64,000 nucleotides of DNA, taken from contig NC_057719.1 in the NCBI RefSeq assembly GCF_004010195.1, positions 3,819,208 through 3,883,207 of the forward strand, read 5' to 3'. This DNA is from Chiloscyllium plagiosum. Lineage: Eukaryota. Within the stretch, counting starts at the first letter, position 1, and each line of letters opens with the position of its first letter. Positions 22,776 to 37,551 of this stretch are shown one piece after another. A program made the position numbers and the translations under genes. A model generated the notes under the pieces. The model was not told the origin of the DNA. It made no database searches and worked only from the letters and a program-made list of their open reading frames with translations.

Positions 22776-25700
22776 GCTGTGAATAAGGGGCATGGATTGC
22801 CTTCCCCTGACAGTTCTGTGCTGTGGATCCACATTCCTAAAGGGGTCCTGACTGAAGTCTCCTCTCAGAAATGCAAAAGTTATTTCTCAGAAATTGTAAA
22901 AATTAAGGGCCGGAATGACAATCTACATGAGATTTACACTCCCTGGGAAATCTGGTCCAATGTTACTGTGATTATAAAGCGGATCTAGACCATAGGTCTT
23001 ACTCCTGTGAGATCCTAAGCTGTTTTTCCTACAGGTCAATGTAACATCACCATTGCGTAGGTAGTGCTTGAAGCACTCCTCAATATTAATCCTTGCAGAA
23101 CCTTACACCCTTATAAAGCAGTACCCTGGGATGTTTTATTCTCCCTTCAATACCACCTGCTGAAGGAGTGGTGCTCCAACAGCTATCACTTCCATTTAAA
23201 CCTGTTGGACGATAACCTGGCGTTGTGTGATCTTAAACTTTGTCCACCCTAGTCCAACACCGGCACCTCTAAGTCAATATAACACTCTCAGTTACACTCT
23301 CACTCTGTTTCACCCATGTTCATTACAAGGCTGTCAGTTGTAACACCCACTTTGTTACATCCCACCCTCAGTATAAGTCTTTGAATTACCACACTTTTTC
23401 TATTGTACACCCGTCCCAACACATCAAGCTATTTGCATTGTTTTAGGATGTTGTTTGCAATTTTAAATTTTAATTAATTTTCCATTTTAATTCTCATTGA
23501 TATCTACACAGGAATGTTAATACAAGACTTTAAGTTATAACATTCTCTCTAGTTACACACTCCACCCTCAGTGTAAGGCTCTCAGGTATAGCACACAGCC
23601 TGTCACACCCCATCATTAGTATAATGCTCTAGGTCATAACACATTGTCTATACACCACACCTCAATATAAAACTCTTGGTTATAATATTGCATGCCCTGC
23701 CTTTAGTGTAAGACTCTCAAACTTAACTCTTTCCAACTCTGTCAAATGACCTTTCACTGAAGCTGATACAGCACAGCTGTGTGTTGATTTGATTTCTTTT
23801 TGGCTGATTTTCAGTAGGAAGAGTGATGTAACTGAGCAGATTTTGTTGTTCCCTGAGGATACAGCAGAGACAGGTAATTGAAACACAACTACATCACAGC
23901 TTCCGTTCTTTCTAGCTAAAAGCTTCAGAAGATAATGGCAAGAAAAGTCAGACTTCATTCTGCTGAGTCTTTACAGATGTCCCTGCTTTGAGGTATATCC
24001 AGAACATAGATGGTTTGCAAACATGAAGAGACAGTCCTTGTACTTACTCCCTTTTGAAGTGTTCATTACATATCTGAGATCAAACTGGAGCTGCAGCTGC
24101 TGAATGCGAAAATAAATAAAACATGGGAATAGGTTGACAAAGATGTAATGTGGGAAAAGATCTGCCATCAAGCCTACCCATAGTAGGCCCACACAGAACA
24201 TAGGAAAGCAAACTTAGCCAAACTATACCAGAAACACCCAGAATACCTCAGCAGTGACCAAACAGGCTGACAAGTGAAACCAGACAGCACTCGCAGAAAA
24301 GGGAATACACTTCCCAAAACACACTAGGAATACCAGGTCAACACAGCTGTCCCAAAGCCCCGAGGGCAGTCTCATAACACAGCAATACCAAAGCCACACA
24401 AAGACGGAGAGACACCACCAACGACTTTGTTCCTAGGACAGGACAATGGAAGCACCTTACTGTTTCAAAAGAGACATTCTCACCTAGCTGCAAAGAGAGC
24501 TGGAATCTCCTGATCCCATTGATACTGTCAGGATCTTACATTGTATCGACAATTAGGACATTCTTCCGATAACTGTTTTTCAATTATCATCATTGCTACT
24601 GGATTACTCCATTTCCAACTACATTGTATCTTTCCCCATTTTAATTAACCTTATTGTACAAGATTCCTACAAAACCTGGCTTCATCCTCAGCTCGAGGAA
24701 GAGAACCCTTGATCTACCTGGACAGACTGTCAGTTCTGTGTCAGCCTAGTCAACTTCTCTTGCAGCCATATCGCTTGTAATAGACAGCTTGTCAATTTCA
24801 CCCGATCTGGTTTGTGTGGTCTCTGCTTTATTGGGCTAATTTCTCCGACATGTATCCTCAGCTCTGATATTCAGGACTGGATCCTGTGAAATGAGAAGTG
24901 GACACAGATTGAAGATGTTCAGCAAGACAACAGAGAGGAAGTTGAAAGAGAATGGAAAATTTCACCACATCACACAATAATTTGCACTAACATAGTCAAA
25001 TATCCCAAAGCACTTCACAGAAACCTTATTAATCAAAATAAAAATCACAGGAGTGTTACAGTGCAGAAGGAGGCTGAGATGGACAATTTTTAATCAGTAA
25101 GAGAATCAAAGGGTTGTGGGGAATGGGAATGGGTTGAGGATTTATCAGATCAGCCATGATTTCAATGAAAGGAAGAGCAGACATGATGGGTTAAGAGTTT
25201 ATTTCTGCTCCTATATCTTGTTGCCATTGAGTCCATTCTGCACTGGCTCTTGATCATTTTGAGTTAATGAGACACTCCTGTAACAAACCATTTGCTGCAC
25301 AAGGCTTTTCTCACCTCGCATTTAGTTATTTTGCAAAACACTTTAAAACTGTGACCTTTGATTCTCGATTCCCTTACAGTTGGGAACAATTTCTCCTTAT
25401 TTACTCCCTCCAGACCCTTCATGATCTTGAGACAAACGTGGAGAGAGAAAAAGACTAAGGAGATATTAGCACTAGTGATTAATAGCTTGACAGAAGAGTA
25501 TGTACCTATTGCAGGAGATGGTGTGTTCTATTTGTAACATAATTTAAATATTGTTTTGAATACTTACATCCCATTCTATTGTCTACTGTGAGGTTTACAG
25601 AGGTAGAACAGAGCATAAAAAAAGGTTGTAAGTAAGTTCAAGGAGGTCAAAGATGTGAACATATGAATCCTGAAGTAGATGAGACAGACAACATAACTAT

Positions 25701-25819
25701 CTTCCTTGAGACACAGGCCCAATGTACCCATCTCAGCACAGTTGTTAATCAGGCTTTTCCTTTCGAAATATGAATGACCCATGAATGTTGGATGATACTG
25801 CAGAAGTAAAATGGATGAC

Positions 25820-27095
25820 CATAAGACATAGGAGCAGAAGTTATGCCATTCAGCCCATCGAGTCTGCTCTGTCTTTCAATTGTGGCTGATAGATTTCTTG
25901 ACCCCATTCTCCCACTTTCTCCCCATAAGCCTTGATACCCTTGATACTCAAGAACCTATCATCTCAGTCTTAAATATACTCAATGATCTGCATCCACAGC
26001 CTTCTGTGGCAATGAATTCCATAGATTTACCACTCTCTGACTGAAGACATTTCTCCTTATCTCCGTTTTGAAAAGTGTTCCCTTTACTCCAAGGCAGGTC
26101 CTAGTAAAGGGCCTGTGCCCGAAACGTCGAATCTCCTGTTCCCTGGATGCTGCCTGACCTGCTGTGCTCTGTTCCAGCAATAAAGTTTCAACTTTGATCT
26201 CCAGCATCTGCAGACCTCACTTTCTCCCCTAGTTTCTCCTACCAATGGAGACATCTTCCCAATGAATATTCTGCCCCGGTCATTCAGTATTCTACACATT
26301 TCAATTAGATCCCCCCTCATCTTTCTAAATTTCATTGAGTATAAACCCAGAGTCCTCAAATGTTACTCATGTATTAAGTTTTTCATTCCTGGGACCATTC
26401 TCATGAACCTCCTCTGAACACACTCCAAGGCCAGTACATCATTCCTGAGATATGGGGCCCAAAACTGCACAATACTCAAATATGGCCTGACCAGAGCCTT
26501 ATAGAGCCTCAGAAGTTCATCCCTGGTTTTATATTCAAGTCCTCTCAAACTGAATGCCATCATTGCATTTGCCTTCCTAACTATTGACTCAACCTGCAAG
26601 TTTATCTTGAGAGAAATTCCTGGATGAGAACTCCCAAATCTCTTTGCACTTCAGACTTCTGAATTCTCTCCCTGTTTAGAAAATAGTTCATGCCTTTATT
26701 CTTCCAACCAAGGTGCATGAGCTCACACTGTCCCACATTGTACTCCATCTGCCACTTCTTTATCCACTGTCCTAAGCTATCCAAATCTACATATCTTTGT
26801 ATCATCTGCAAACTTAGCCAGAATGCCCTCAGTTCCTTCATCTACATCATTAAGGCATAAAGTAAAAAGTTGTGGTCCCAACACTGAGCCTTGCAGAACA
26901 GCTAGTCACTGGCTGCCATCCTGAGAAGGACCCTTTTATCTTCAGTCTCTGCTTCCTGCCAGATAGCCAAGCTTCTGTCCATCCTAGCACCTTGCCTCTG
27001 ACACCATGGGTGCTTATCTCACTCAGTAACCTCCTGTGCGGCACCTTGTTAAAGGCCTTCTTGAAATCCAGGTCAATAACATCCATTTGCTCTCC
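25820..27095 (-). mobile_element. CR1 LINE, RT to 3' end, with a family A insertion at ~26100-26228
   Basis: DVIDLDFKKAFNKVPHRRLL; WQMEYNVGQCELMHLG; LYKALVRPYL; RMRGDLIE-like motif. Confidence 0.9.
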
Positions 27096-27584
27096 CTGAT
27101 CAGCCCTAATAAGACAAAAATTGCTTTTTCTGAATTTCTAAAAATCTCGAGTCAATTTCTGTTGTAACTTTGAAAACTCCAACTTGGTCTTGGATTAACT
27201 GACATAACTAACATTATAGCAGAGTCTGAGGCTCTTCAGACCATTGAAATAGAACCAAGGCTAGCTCTTGACAGGGACCCAACTCAGTAAAATGAAGGAA
27301 TTACATTTGACAGCAGGATTACTGGATTAAAGGAAGGGAGAGTTCAGCCTGGATGCCAAGTTACCATTGTAGCATAAATGTGAAATGTAATTAGCCTGTA
27401 GCTAGAGAGCATTAGTTTTATTAGATGATGTCAGAGAACATGGAATTGGGACCAAAGGGATAAATGTTTTAATGGAGTCAGCGGAATCATTTCTCTGGAT
27501 GTAGTGTAAATCGTTAATAAATGTTCACTCACTTGCACCGATATAGTTTCCAGTCCTCATCTGCTACAAGCTGATTTTCTTATA

Positions 27585-28530
27585 AGGAGAGGGTGAGTAG
27601 GTTGGGCCTCATTAGAGTTTAGAAGAATGTCAGGTGACCTTATGGAAACATCTAAGATTCTTTGGGCTCCCCAATGGGAGACTCAGGGACAAGAGGGCAG
27701 AAGCTCAGCGTAAGGAGCCACCCATTTAAAATAGAGACGAGGGAGAATTTCATTACTCAGAGGATGGTGAATCTGTGGAATTCTTTGCCACAGAGGGCTG
27801 TTAAGCTGGGTTGTTAAGAATATTCACGACTGAAATACACAGTTTTTCAATCTGTAAGTGAAACAAGCGTTATGGGGAAACCAGACGAAAGTGGAGATGG
27901 GGGGTTTGAAATCAGCCATGATCTCATTGAATGGCAGAGTAGATTCAGTGGGCTGCATGACTTTTTTCAGCTTTTATCTCTTATGGACCAGCTATATAAA
28001 TACTATGGCTACAAGAGCAAGTCAGAGCCTGGGAATCCCACAGTGAGTAACTCACCTCCTGATTCCATAAAGTCTGTCCACCATGAATAAGACACAAGTC
28101 AGGAGTGTGACAGAATACTCTCTACTTGCCTGAATGAGTGCAGCTCCAATTGCACTCAAGAAGCTTAATACATCCAGAAAAAGCAGCCTGTTTGATTTAT
28201 AGTCCATCCAACACTGTCAACTTCCGTTCCCTCCACCATTAATGCACAGTAGCAGCAGTTTGTGCCAACTACAAGGTGAATAAGAATTCACCAACGCTCC
28301 TTAGTTCACTCCTTCCAAACTCGCAAACTCTACCAACTAAAAGGATAAGGCCAGCGGATATATAGGAACATCATCATTTGCCTGTTCCCCTCCAAGCCAC
28401 TGACCGACCTGATTTGGAAATATGGCGTTGTTCCTTTCGTGTCTACCTACAGCACATGGACTGCTGCAGTTCAAGGAGACAACTCACCACAACCTTCTCA
28501 AGAGCGAATAGGGATAGGAAATAAATGCTG
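27585..28530 (+). mobile_element. CR1 3' end followed by the 3' end of a second CR1/L2-group LINE family
   Basis: CR1 tail motif, then CACAAGTCAGGAGTGTGA...AATAAATGCTG shared with copies at 35, 40, 56.5 and 61.3 kb. Confidence 0.7.
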
Positions 28531-28866
28531 TCTCAGTGCACTGCTCGTGATGATTCATTTAAAAATTTGGTGTAAGTCTGAGTAGCAATAGGTTTATAAA
28601 ACTAGTGGGCTTCTTCTTCAATCCTTGCTTATAGGCATTAAGATTTTGACAGCCCTCAGAGGATTGTTTAGGAAATATTCTAGGGCACGTTTTTCAGCAG
28701 TAATTTGTAATTTTCAGTGAAAACGTCTTGCATCTAGATTTGTGTCCTGCTCTTGATCAAATTAATTTTTGTAAACATGTTTACAAGTCTCACGTAATAT
28801 GTAAACAATTTATGAGGAACTTTACAAGAATTAGTCAACATTCAGCTATAGAGTGTAGAGTATAGA

Positions 28867-29332
28867 GCGTTGCCAGGGTTGGAGGATTTGAGCTATAGGG
28901 ACATGTAGAACAGGCTGGGACTGTTTTTCTTGGAGCACCGGAGGCTGAGAGTTGACCTTATTGAGGTTTAATAAATCATTAGGGACATGGATAGGATAAA
29001 TAGACAAAGTCTTTTCCCTGGGGTCGGGGAGTCCAGAACTAGAGGGCATGGGTTTACAGTGAGAGGGGAAAGATATAAAAGAGACCTAAGGAGCGACCTT
29101 TTTCACCCAGAGGGTGGTATATGTATGGAATGAGCTGCCAGAGGAAGTGGTGGAGGCTGGTACAATTACAACATTTAAAAGGCATCTGGATGGGTATATG
29201 AATAGGAAGGGTTTGGAGGGATATGGGCCGGGTACTGGCAGGTGGGACTAGATTGGGTTGGGATATCTGGTCGGCATGGATGGGTTGATCCGAAGGGACT
29301 GTTTCCGTGCTGTATATCTCTATGACTCTATG
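28867..29332 (+). mobile_element. HER1/CR1 3' end
   Basis: Near-identical to 47750-48210; ends CTCTATGACTCTATG. Confidence 0.9.
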
Positions 29333-30414
29333 AACACTATTAGAACACAATTAGAATTGGATTAACTTAAGCTACATGAAAACAATGATTCCCCACTAGA
29401 ATACTGTCATACATATAAAGCTGCCTCAAGAACTCTGAGGTGGCATTTATATGGGCTAACACATTTAATAAGAAGAGGCTTGGCCAGGTTGGAAGTAAGT
29501 TTGACTGTGTGGGATAACTGAAGATGAGACACTCATGTGATGAAATGTCCAGGACTACGCCAGACCAAAATTGGCATACTTATCTGACACAGTGACTTCA
29601 TCTAGGAAATATGCACAGGCAGATTGAGGAAGGAAAGGCATAGTCTTGACTGTGATGCCTCTGGGGTAGAATAGCCAACTGGCAGGTCATTACAGTGGCT
29701 TAAGTATCAGAGATAATCAACAAACCAGGATCTTTTCACCTGGCTATGTTTTTGTGTTAGTTCCAAGGAAAATTGTCTAATATCAACTATAAGAAAATTG
29801 GCAGTTCAAGTGAAGACTTGATATAAGGCAGTAAAATTAGAGTACAGAAAAAAAAAGACTTTTTTCAATGAAATAAGGTTTTTTAGAAAGCTGAGACTTT
29901 GACTCTCTGCTAAAGAATAGAATAAAACATTGTCTGATATGCTGAACTCGACTTCACCCGATAGCAATAACAAGAGATCTTTTTGTACTTTGTTCCATTA
30001 CATATTAAGCTAGCTTCAAAGTTTCAGATTAACCATTTGAGGACTCTAATGGCATGTTGATTAGGAAAGTGAACTCAGTAAAGCCTTTTCCTCTTAACTA
30101 ATTACTTACCTCTAAGCTTTGAATTTTGCACCTCTGGAAATCCATCTGATTCCCTGAATATTTGTTCTGTGTACAGATCGCATAATGTTGGTGACAATAT
30201 AAAGTCTTCTTGTACATATCTCTTCACTGAAACATGTCTGATTGTCTCTCCTCACCTGATGCACTCTGTTCGATTCCAATAAAGGCTCTACATAAACCTC
30301 ATATATTTATTGTCAATGTCACATTTCAGCAACATGTCCATCAAATTTTATGATAAATATGATCACTTTTTCATAGTCTATGAGGCAAATGTAAGTGTTC
30401 ATAGTATTAGAGAA

Positions 30415-30540
30415 GGAGATGCAGATGCTGGAGACTACAGTTGAAAAATGTGATGCTGGAAAAACACAGCAGGCCAGGCAGCATCCGAGGAGCAGGAGAA
30501 TCGACGTTTCGGGCATAAGCCCTTCTTCAGGAAGAAGGGA
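30415..30540 (-). mobile_element. Family A repeat with an intact hammerhead core
   Basis: Reverse complement reads CCTGAAGAAGGGCTTATGCCCGAAACGTCGATT; flanking TATTAGAGAA direct repeat. Confidence 0.8.
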
Positions 30541-30549
30541 TATTATTAG

Positions 30550-30810
30550 AGAATCCTTACAGTGGTGAAGCAGGCTATTCAGCCCCTTACGTCCACACCA
30601 ACCATCTGGAGACCATCCCATCAAGACCTATTACCCAATCCTATCCCTGGGCCCTGCATTTCTCATGGCTGATCCACTTAACCTACAAATCCCTGGACAC
30701 TATCGGCAATTTACCATGACCAATCCACCTAACCTGCACACTGTGGGAGGAAACAGGAGCACCTGGCAAAAACCCACGCAGATGCAGGGAGAATGTGCAA
30801 ACACCACACA
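30550..30810 (-). mobile_element. Old HE1-like SINE
   Basis: CAATCCACCTAACCTGCAC...GGAGGAAAC...ACCCACGCAG blocks. Confidence 0.7.
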
Positions 30811-31020
30811 GTTCTTGTTTCCTTATAGATAAATTGTTCTATGGTTAAGTAGTACCTCTTGTGTTCCTACTCCAAGTCTAAATCCAGACTGTGTTTCATC
30901 AATTTCTACTTGATCACATTAATGAGATGATTCACTAAACATAGTCCCAAAATGATTGCACTGCATTGCTTTTTTAAGCTCCCTGGGTAATAATGAATAA
31001 TAAATATCTCAAGTCACATG

Positions 31021-31220
31021 TTTAAAATCACACAACACCAGGTTACAGTCCAACGGGTTTAATTGAAGCACACTAGCTTTCGGAGCGATGCTCCTACATC
31101 AGGTGATTGTCGCTCTGAAAGCTAGTGTGCTTCCAATTAAACCCGTTGGACTATAACCTGGTGTTGTGTGATTTTTAACTTTGTACACCCCAGTCCAACA
31201 CCGGCATCTCCGAATCATGA
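31021..31220. mobile_element. Inverted pair of Penelope-like family B repeats
   Basis: 13 bp TSD CTCAAGTCACATG at 31008-31020 and 31221-31233; minus-strand CACCTGATGTAGGAGCATCGCTCCGAAAGCTAGTG. Confidence 0.8.
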
Positions 31221-34200
31221 CTCAAGTCACATGGATTGTATCCTTTTGTATATATTGGACCTAAGGGTCTGTTTGTGTGCTGTATTTCTCTGACTCTATA
31301 CCTGATCACACATTTCTGATTTTATTCTAATGCTGCTTCTCCAACGCTTTTTATGTATTACGTTATTACTCCATCTAATTCCTGAAGATTTTCCAGCTTC
31401 AATTTCAAATTTTTTTTTACTTTTGATATCACCATGTTTGGTCCTTCATTTGCCTCTTTAACTTCATGACTACTTTCGATTTGGAACATCATAAAGTCCG
31501 CTAACTGACAACATAGCACTGCTTGCAAAGTCAGAAGAGGACTAGAGTTCATAAAAAATCTGGAATGTTAGAATATATATTGAGTATGAACAGCAAACAG
31601 ATAAAAAAGCAATGTTAGCTGGAAGGAATACATTCAAAGAAACTAGGTTGAAATGGATGGTATTACCCCATATTTGTCTATTTACGACAAATAATGACGG
31701 TATGATACAGAAGTTAGAACAAAGACAGAGAGGCAAAAATTCTATGAAGATTAAGGATGAGTTAACAACAGGAAAATGCAAGTTTGTTACAAAGAAAAGC
31801 TCATAAGATTCTATCTACTGTTCTGTATAGCTCAGAAACCTGACCGGTAAATTGTGGAAGAAAGTAGGGGCCTTTGAAATGCGGCAGCCATGGCATATGC
31901 TAAAAATTCTACATGCAAACCATACAACAAATGGAGAAGTGTTTGAAACTGTAATATCAAAAACAACTCTTAAAAAGTGAAAATGTTAGTACTTTCGACA
32001 TTTGATTGGAGCTGAGAAGCTACATAGCAGGGCCAACATGGGTATTGGTGGATGAAGGGTGCCACAGCATTGTTGCAGATGAGCTACAATGGATGTGTGA
32101 GGGTGGCAGAAGACAGTTGAGCAAGACATGTCATGACAGCAGGAGTAGGTCCTATAATTCCTGCCTCTCTCCTCTTGTTCTAACTTCTGTTTTATATCTG
32201 CCAACCATCTGTATCATTTGTTCTAAATAGACAAACTTATCGACATGTTCCAGGTTACCATCCACTTCAACATTCACACTAGCTTCTTTGAATGTATTCC
32301 TTTTAACAGGTGGGACTGGCTGCTAGCAACAGCAACATTTTCTAATATGCATTACCTACTTGGGAATCAAAGCAAGCTGGTCAGGTTTGTTGATAAGACC
32401 AAATCAGTGAGGTTGGATGTAAATTAATCTGAAGTGACAACAAAGAATTCAACATAAACATTCATTTGGATTATCTGATCATTTGCACATTGCCCTTTAT
32501 GGGATCTTGCTGTGTGCAAATTTCCTTCCTTGTCTCCTACATTACAATAGTGACAATGCTTCGAAAGTACCTCACTGGCTGTGAAATATTTTGCAATTTC
32601 CTGGTGTCATGAAAGGCGTTTTAGAAATGCAAGTCTTTCTTATTTCCTTTCTCAAAAGAAATTCGATACCGAATAATGGAAAGCATTTCATGTTTGAAAT
32701 AAGATTAACCACACGGCTTAAGAGTAACATTGAACAAAACTTGGCTTGAATCAACTTAATTGGATTCCAGCCTGTAACTTAAACTACCGGATATCTATTA
32801 TTCTACATACAAACCACAAAGATCCCTCAATTAGATTTCAACCTGTAACTCACTCCCGGATATTAGTTATTCTATATATAACAACATCTCAATCCAAACC
32901 TGAATTTGTCGATCAGATTCCGTTCCTGATACTTCAGAGTATCATTTAATCCAAGTATAATCAACTGAACTCCACAGTTAGATTTCAGGCCATAACACAT
33001 TAGATATTCCAGCTTGTATCTCTCACCTAGGTATTCATGTTTTTATCATTTAATAAGTACTGTAAGTTTCAACAAACCCATCTTCCACCTGCTTTAACTT
33101 TTGTCATTATATCAAGGGCTACTGGTATGAGCCACTAAAGGCTGACCTTGTTAATACATCCTATGTGTGAACGAAAAGTATATGTGCACACAAATTGGTC
33201 AATATAATTTACACATTTCAAGTTTTTGTGCTATTTTTCTAAAGGAGAATTAAGACAAGTGTGAACTGTTGACCCTATGATTCTGGTTTCTAACCAATGG
33301 ATTAGTTTATTTCCTTGCTGGTTTTGTTCCAGCGAAGTCAATAGGCTGGAAATCTACTCATAGATCTCTGCCAATAGGGCAGAGCAGATTGCCTTAGGGG
33401 GAAAAAAAACATCTTAGCTTATGGGCACTCAGCCTTGCTGGCAAGCTCTGTGTTTATAAACCATATCTGGCTGTACCGACTGGCTGGTGGTGAGCCTTTC
33501 CTTTGAACCACTTGTAGTGGATTGATACAACTGAGTGACTTTCTAGCTCTGTTTAGAGAACACTCAGGAGGCCAACCACATAGTCATAGTGCTGGGGTGA
33601 CATATGGGTCAGGTTACGTAAGGACAGCAAAGTTTCTTCTCAAAAGAATTTGAACAAACCAGTTGGAATTTGTAACAATCTAACAATTTCCGGGTCACTT
33701 TTACTGGCATCAATAATTATTACATTTCTAGATTCAGCAAAACTGAAATTCAAATTTTCAAATGGATGAATCAACCTAGATTATGAGGTGTAATCTTTGA
33801 GTGAAGTATGTTTCAATTGGGAGACAAGTGGGATAAAGTGACAACAGCATCATTTATCATTTGGTTTTGATTACTAATGGAAAGAACAGAAAGCAAAGAA
33901 AGCTGAAAATAGTCAACTGAAGGAGGGCTATCTACAGGGAGTTGAAAAGGGATCTGGCTCAGATTGTTTGGTTAGAAAAGATTAAATAAGAAATAAGAGG
34001 TGATTAATGATGAGTTCAGCTATCAACCAGACATATGCCTATGATGGGGTGGAAGGAAAAGGTCAAAGCTAGATAAGTCAAAAAAGATATTAAATGAAAC
34101 AAAAATATGGTTAAAATAAATAGCAGGACTATGACACAGAAGAGAGTTAAGCTGACTGTACAAAGTGCACAGGAGAACTGAAAGAGGAAATAAATGTGAT

Positions 34201-34356
34201 AAAGAGAATTTTAAAAAATGTTGGGTTAACATAAAAGGAATACTGAAGTGTTCTATCAACATGGAAAGAATAAAAGGATAGTGAAATAAAGGGTGAGCCT
34301 GTTTAAGAGACAAAAAGCAATTTTATGGAGGTAGAGAGAATGGCTGAAGTATTTTG

Positions 34357-34468
34357 CTGATGAAGGGCTTATGCCCGAAACGTCAACTTTCCTGCTCCTC
34401 CGATGCTGCCTGACCAGCTGTGCTTTTCCAGCAACACACTCTGATCTCCAGCAGTCTTCACTTTCTCC
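34357..34468 (+). mobile_element. Family A repeat beginning at the hammerhead core
   Basis: CTGATGAAGGGCTTATGCCCGAAACGTC; TSD CTGAAGYATTTTGC at 34344-34357 and 34469-34482. Confidence 0.8.
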
Positions 34469-34929
34469 CTGAAGCATTTTGCACCCCAATTCATGATAAC
34501 CAGATGTAGCTAATATCACAGCAAAGAACGAAAAGGTAGACAAATTCGATGGAATGAAAAGAAAGTTGCAGACCTTAAGTGGTTAACAAGGCTCAAAGTA
34601 GAAAAGATACCTGAGACAGAGAGGTTGTTTCCGAGGCTGTTGGGAGCAACAAGGAGAGAAATAGTATAAGCTTTAGCCTCAATCTTGCAATGTTTCTGGG
34701 ATATGGGAGTAGGGTCAGAGAACAAAAGGATCACAAATGGTATTCTACTATTCAAAAACAATGGACAGAAAACTAAACCAAAATGACAGAGCAGTCAGCT
34801 TAACTTTGGATCAATTCCCATATCGTTTGATGCCAAACTATGTGTATGGGTTCCTTACAGACTGATTGAGGAGAAGGCAAAGTCAAAGGCTATCTTTAGA
34901 CTTAGACTTCAAAGTAAGAGTACTTTTCG

Positions 34930-36712
34930 TCATTTTTGTGGGATGTGGGTGTCACTGGCTGGCCAGTATTTATTGCCTGTCTCTAGTTGGCCCTTAAGAA
35001 AGTGGGGTGAGATGCTGTCGTAAACCAATGCTGTCGTAAACCACTACAGTCCACCTGTTGCGTGTTGACCCACAATACCATTAGTGAGGGAATTCCAGGA
35101 TTTTGACCGAGCGACAGTGGAGGAATAGTGATATATTTCCTAGTTAGTATGTTGAGTGGCTTGGAGAGGAATTTGTAGGTGGTGGTGTTCCCATATGTCT
35201 GCTGCCCAAGTTCTTCAATATGGAAGTGGTTGTGGGTTTGGAAGCTGCAGTCTGAGGATCTTTGGTGCACTACTGCAGTGCATCTTGTAGATGGCACACA
35301 CTGCTGCTACTGAGTGTTGGTGGTGGAGGGAGTGGATGCTTGTGGATGTGGTGCTAATCAAGTGGGCTGCTTTGTCTGGGATGGGGTCAAGCTTCTTGAG
35401 TGTTTAGATTAGATTACATTAGATTAGATTAGATTACAGTGTGGAAACAGGCCCTTCGGCCCAACAAGTCCACACCGACCCGCCGAAGCGAAACCCACCC
35501 ATACCCCTACATTTACNNNNNNNNNNNCCCGGAGGAAACCCACGCAGACACGGGGAGAACGTGCAAACTCCACACAGTCAGTCGCCTGAGTCGGGAATTG
35601 AACCCGGGTCTCTGGCGCTGCGAGGCAGCAGTGCTAACCACTGTGCCACCGTGCCGCCCACAACTGTGCCACCGTGCCGCCCACCGTGTTGTTGGAGCTG
35701 CACCTATCCAGTGGGGAGTATTCCATCACAGTCCTGACTTGAGCCTTGTAGATGGTGGACAGGTGTTCAGGAGTCAGAAGGTCAGTTCTTGCCCCTTATT
35801 TCCTAGCCTTTGACCTGCTCTTGTAGCCACTACATTTATATGGTGAGTCCAGTTAAGTTTCTGATCAATGATAACTCCCCAGGGTGGTGATAGTGGGGGA
35901 TTCAATGATGGTAGCACCACTGAATGTCAAGGAGCAGTACTTAGATTGTCTCTTGTTGGCGATGGTCATAGCCTGGCACTTGTGTGGCATGAATGTTACT
36001 TGCCAATTGTCAGCCCAAGCCTGGATATTGTCCAGATCTTGTAGCATTTGGACATGGACTGCTTCAGTATCTGAGGTGTCATGAATGGTGCTGAACATTG
36101 TGCAATCATTGGTGAACACTCCCACTTCTGACCTTATGATGGAGGGAAGGTCATTGATGAAGCAGCTAAAGATGGTTGGGCCTAGGACACTACCCTGAGG
36201 CAGAGATGTCCTGGAGCTGAGATAACTGATCTCCAACAACCATGACCATCTTCCTAAGTGTCAGGTATGACTCCACCCAGCAGAACGTTTGTTCTGTAAT
36301 GTCCATTGATTCCAGTTTCACTAGGGCTCCTTGATGCTACACACAGTTGTATACTGCTTTGATGTCAAGGGCTGTCAGTCTCCCCTCCCCTCTGAAATCC
36401 AGCTCTTTTGTCCATGTCTGACCCAAGGCTGTAATGAGGTCAGGAGCTGAGTGGCCCTGGCGGAATCCAAACAGGGCGTCACTGAGCAGGTTATTGCTGA
36501 GCAGGTGCTGCTTGATAGCACGGTTGGTGACATCTTCCATCACTTTACTGATGATCAAGAGTAGACTGACTGATGGGGTGTAAATGGCCGGGTTAGATTT
36601 GGCCTGCTTTTTGTGTACAGGACATACCTGGGCAATTTTCCACATTGTCGGGTAGATGCCAGTGTTGTAACTGTACTGGAACAGCTTAGCTAGGGGAGCG
36701 GTAAGTTCTGGA
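34930..36712 (-). mobile_element. Second LINE family (CR1/L2 supergroup, clade not determined), RT to 3' end
   Basis: ORFs 36337-36726 (WKIAQVCPVHKK...FGFRQGHS...ALDIKA) and 35865-36239 (PQGSVLGPTIFSCFINDL). Confidence 0.85.
35404..35685 (-). mobile_element. Young HE1-type SINE with a duplicated 5' end
   Basis: (TAGAT)n tail; CTGTGCCACCGTGCCGCCCAC occurs twice at the 5' end; CpGs retained. Confidence 0.9.
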
Positions 36713-37551
36713 GAACAATGATACATTAATGCTAAATACAGATGTGCATTGTAATCATAAATATACCAGATTCTGACTTACATTAGGTAAGGACAAATCT
36801 ATCTTCTTCATGAGTTCACTTCTGAAAGAACATCGCAATATGGTCCCAAACTGCCAAAGGTTCTAAAGTTTTCTTGTGTTCTAACTTCACCCGCCCTGTC
36901 CTTATATATTCAGTGATGTGTAGGGTTTCAGCACTCTTACATAACAGTGGGGAAATGTTGTGATAAATAATCTGGCACCAATTAACTGTCACATTGAAGA
37001 ACAGGGCTTCATACTAAACTGGATTTTTAAATCCTCCATCTGCCAATTGCCTTCCAGGCTACCTTCCCCCAGTCCCAGCCCCACCATCCTATTTTTCTCT
37101 CAGCCCACTTCCCACCCCCCACATTCCCGAAGAAGGGCTTATGCCCAAAACATTGACTCTCCTGCTCCTCGGATGCTGCCTGACCTTCTGTGCTTTTCCA
37201 GCACTATACTCTCAATTCTGATCTCCAGCATCAGCAATCCACACTTACTCCAAAAGGAAAATAATGTTTGACAAACCACGTTCCTTATGAAGTTCTACTT
37301 GTGTAGTCAAAGATGTGCATTTGGATTTTTGGAAGGAATTTGATAATATCCACATAATAGACTTTCCGACAAGATTGAAATCTATTGGATTAAAAGGAAT
37401 GATGACAGTGCGGAAATTAAATTGGCTGAGATGGTAGTGGCGAAATGTTGGTTATGAGACTGGAGAAAAGTATAACATAAAAGTGGCTTTTGTAAAGTTT
37501 GCCGACAGTAAAAAAATGTGAACATTGGCCACATTGGCATCAGATGTAAAC

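Noticed and set aside
24048..24100. Minus-strand mini-exon candidate with a GTAAGT donor (QLQLQFDLRYVMNTSKG)
   Set aside because: No recognisable homology; splice-like motifs alone are insufficient
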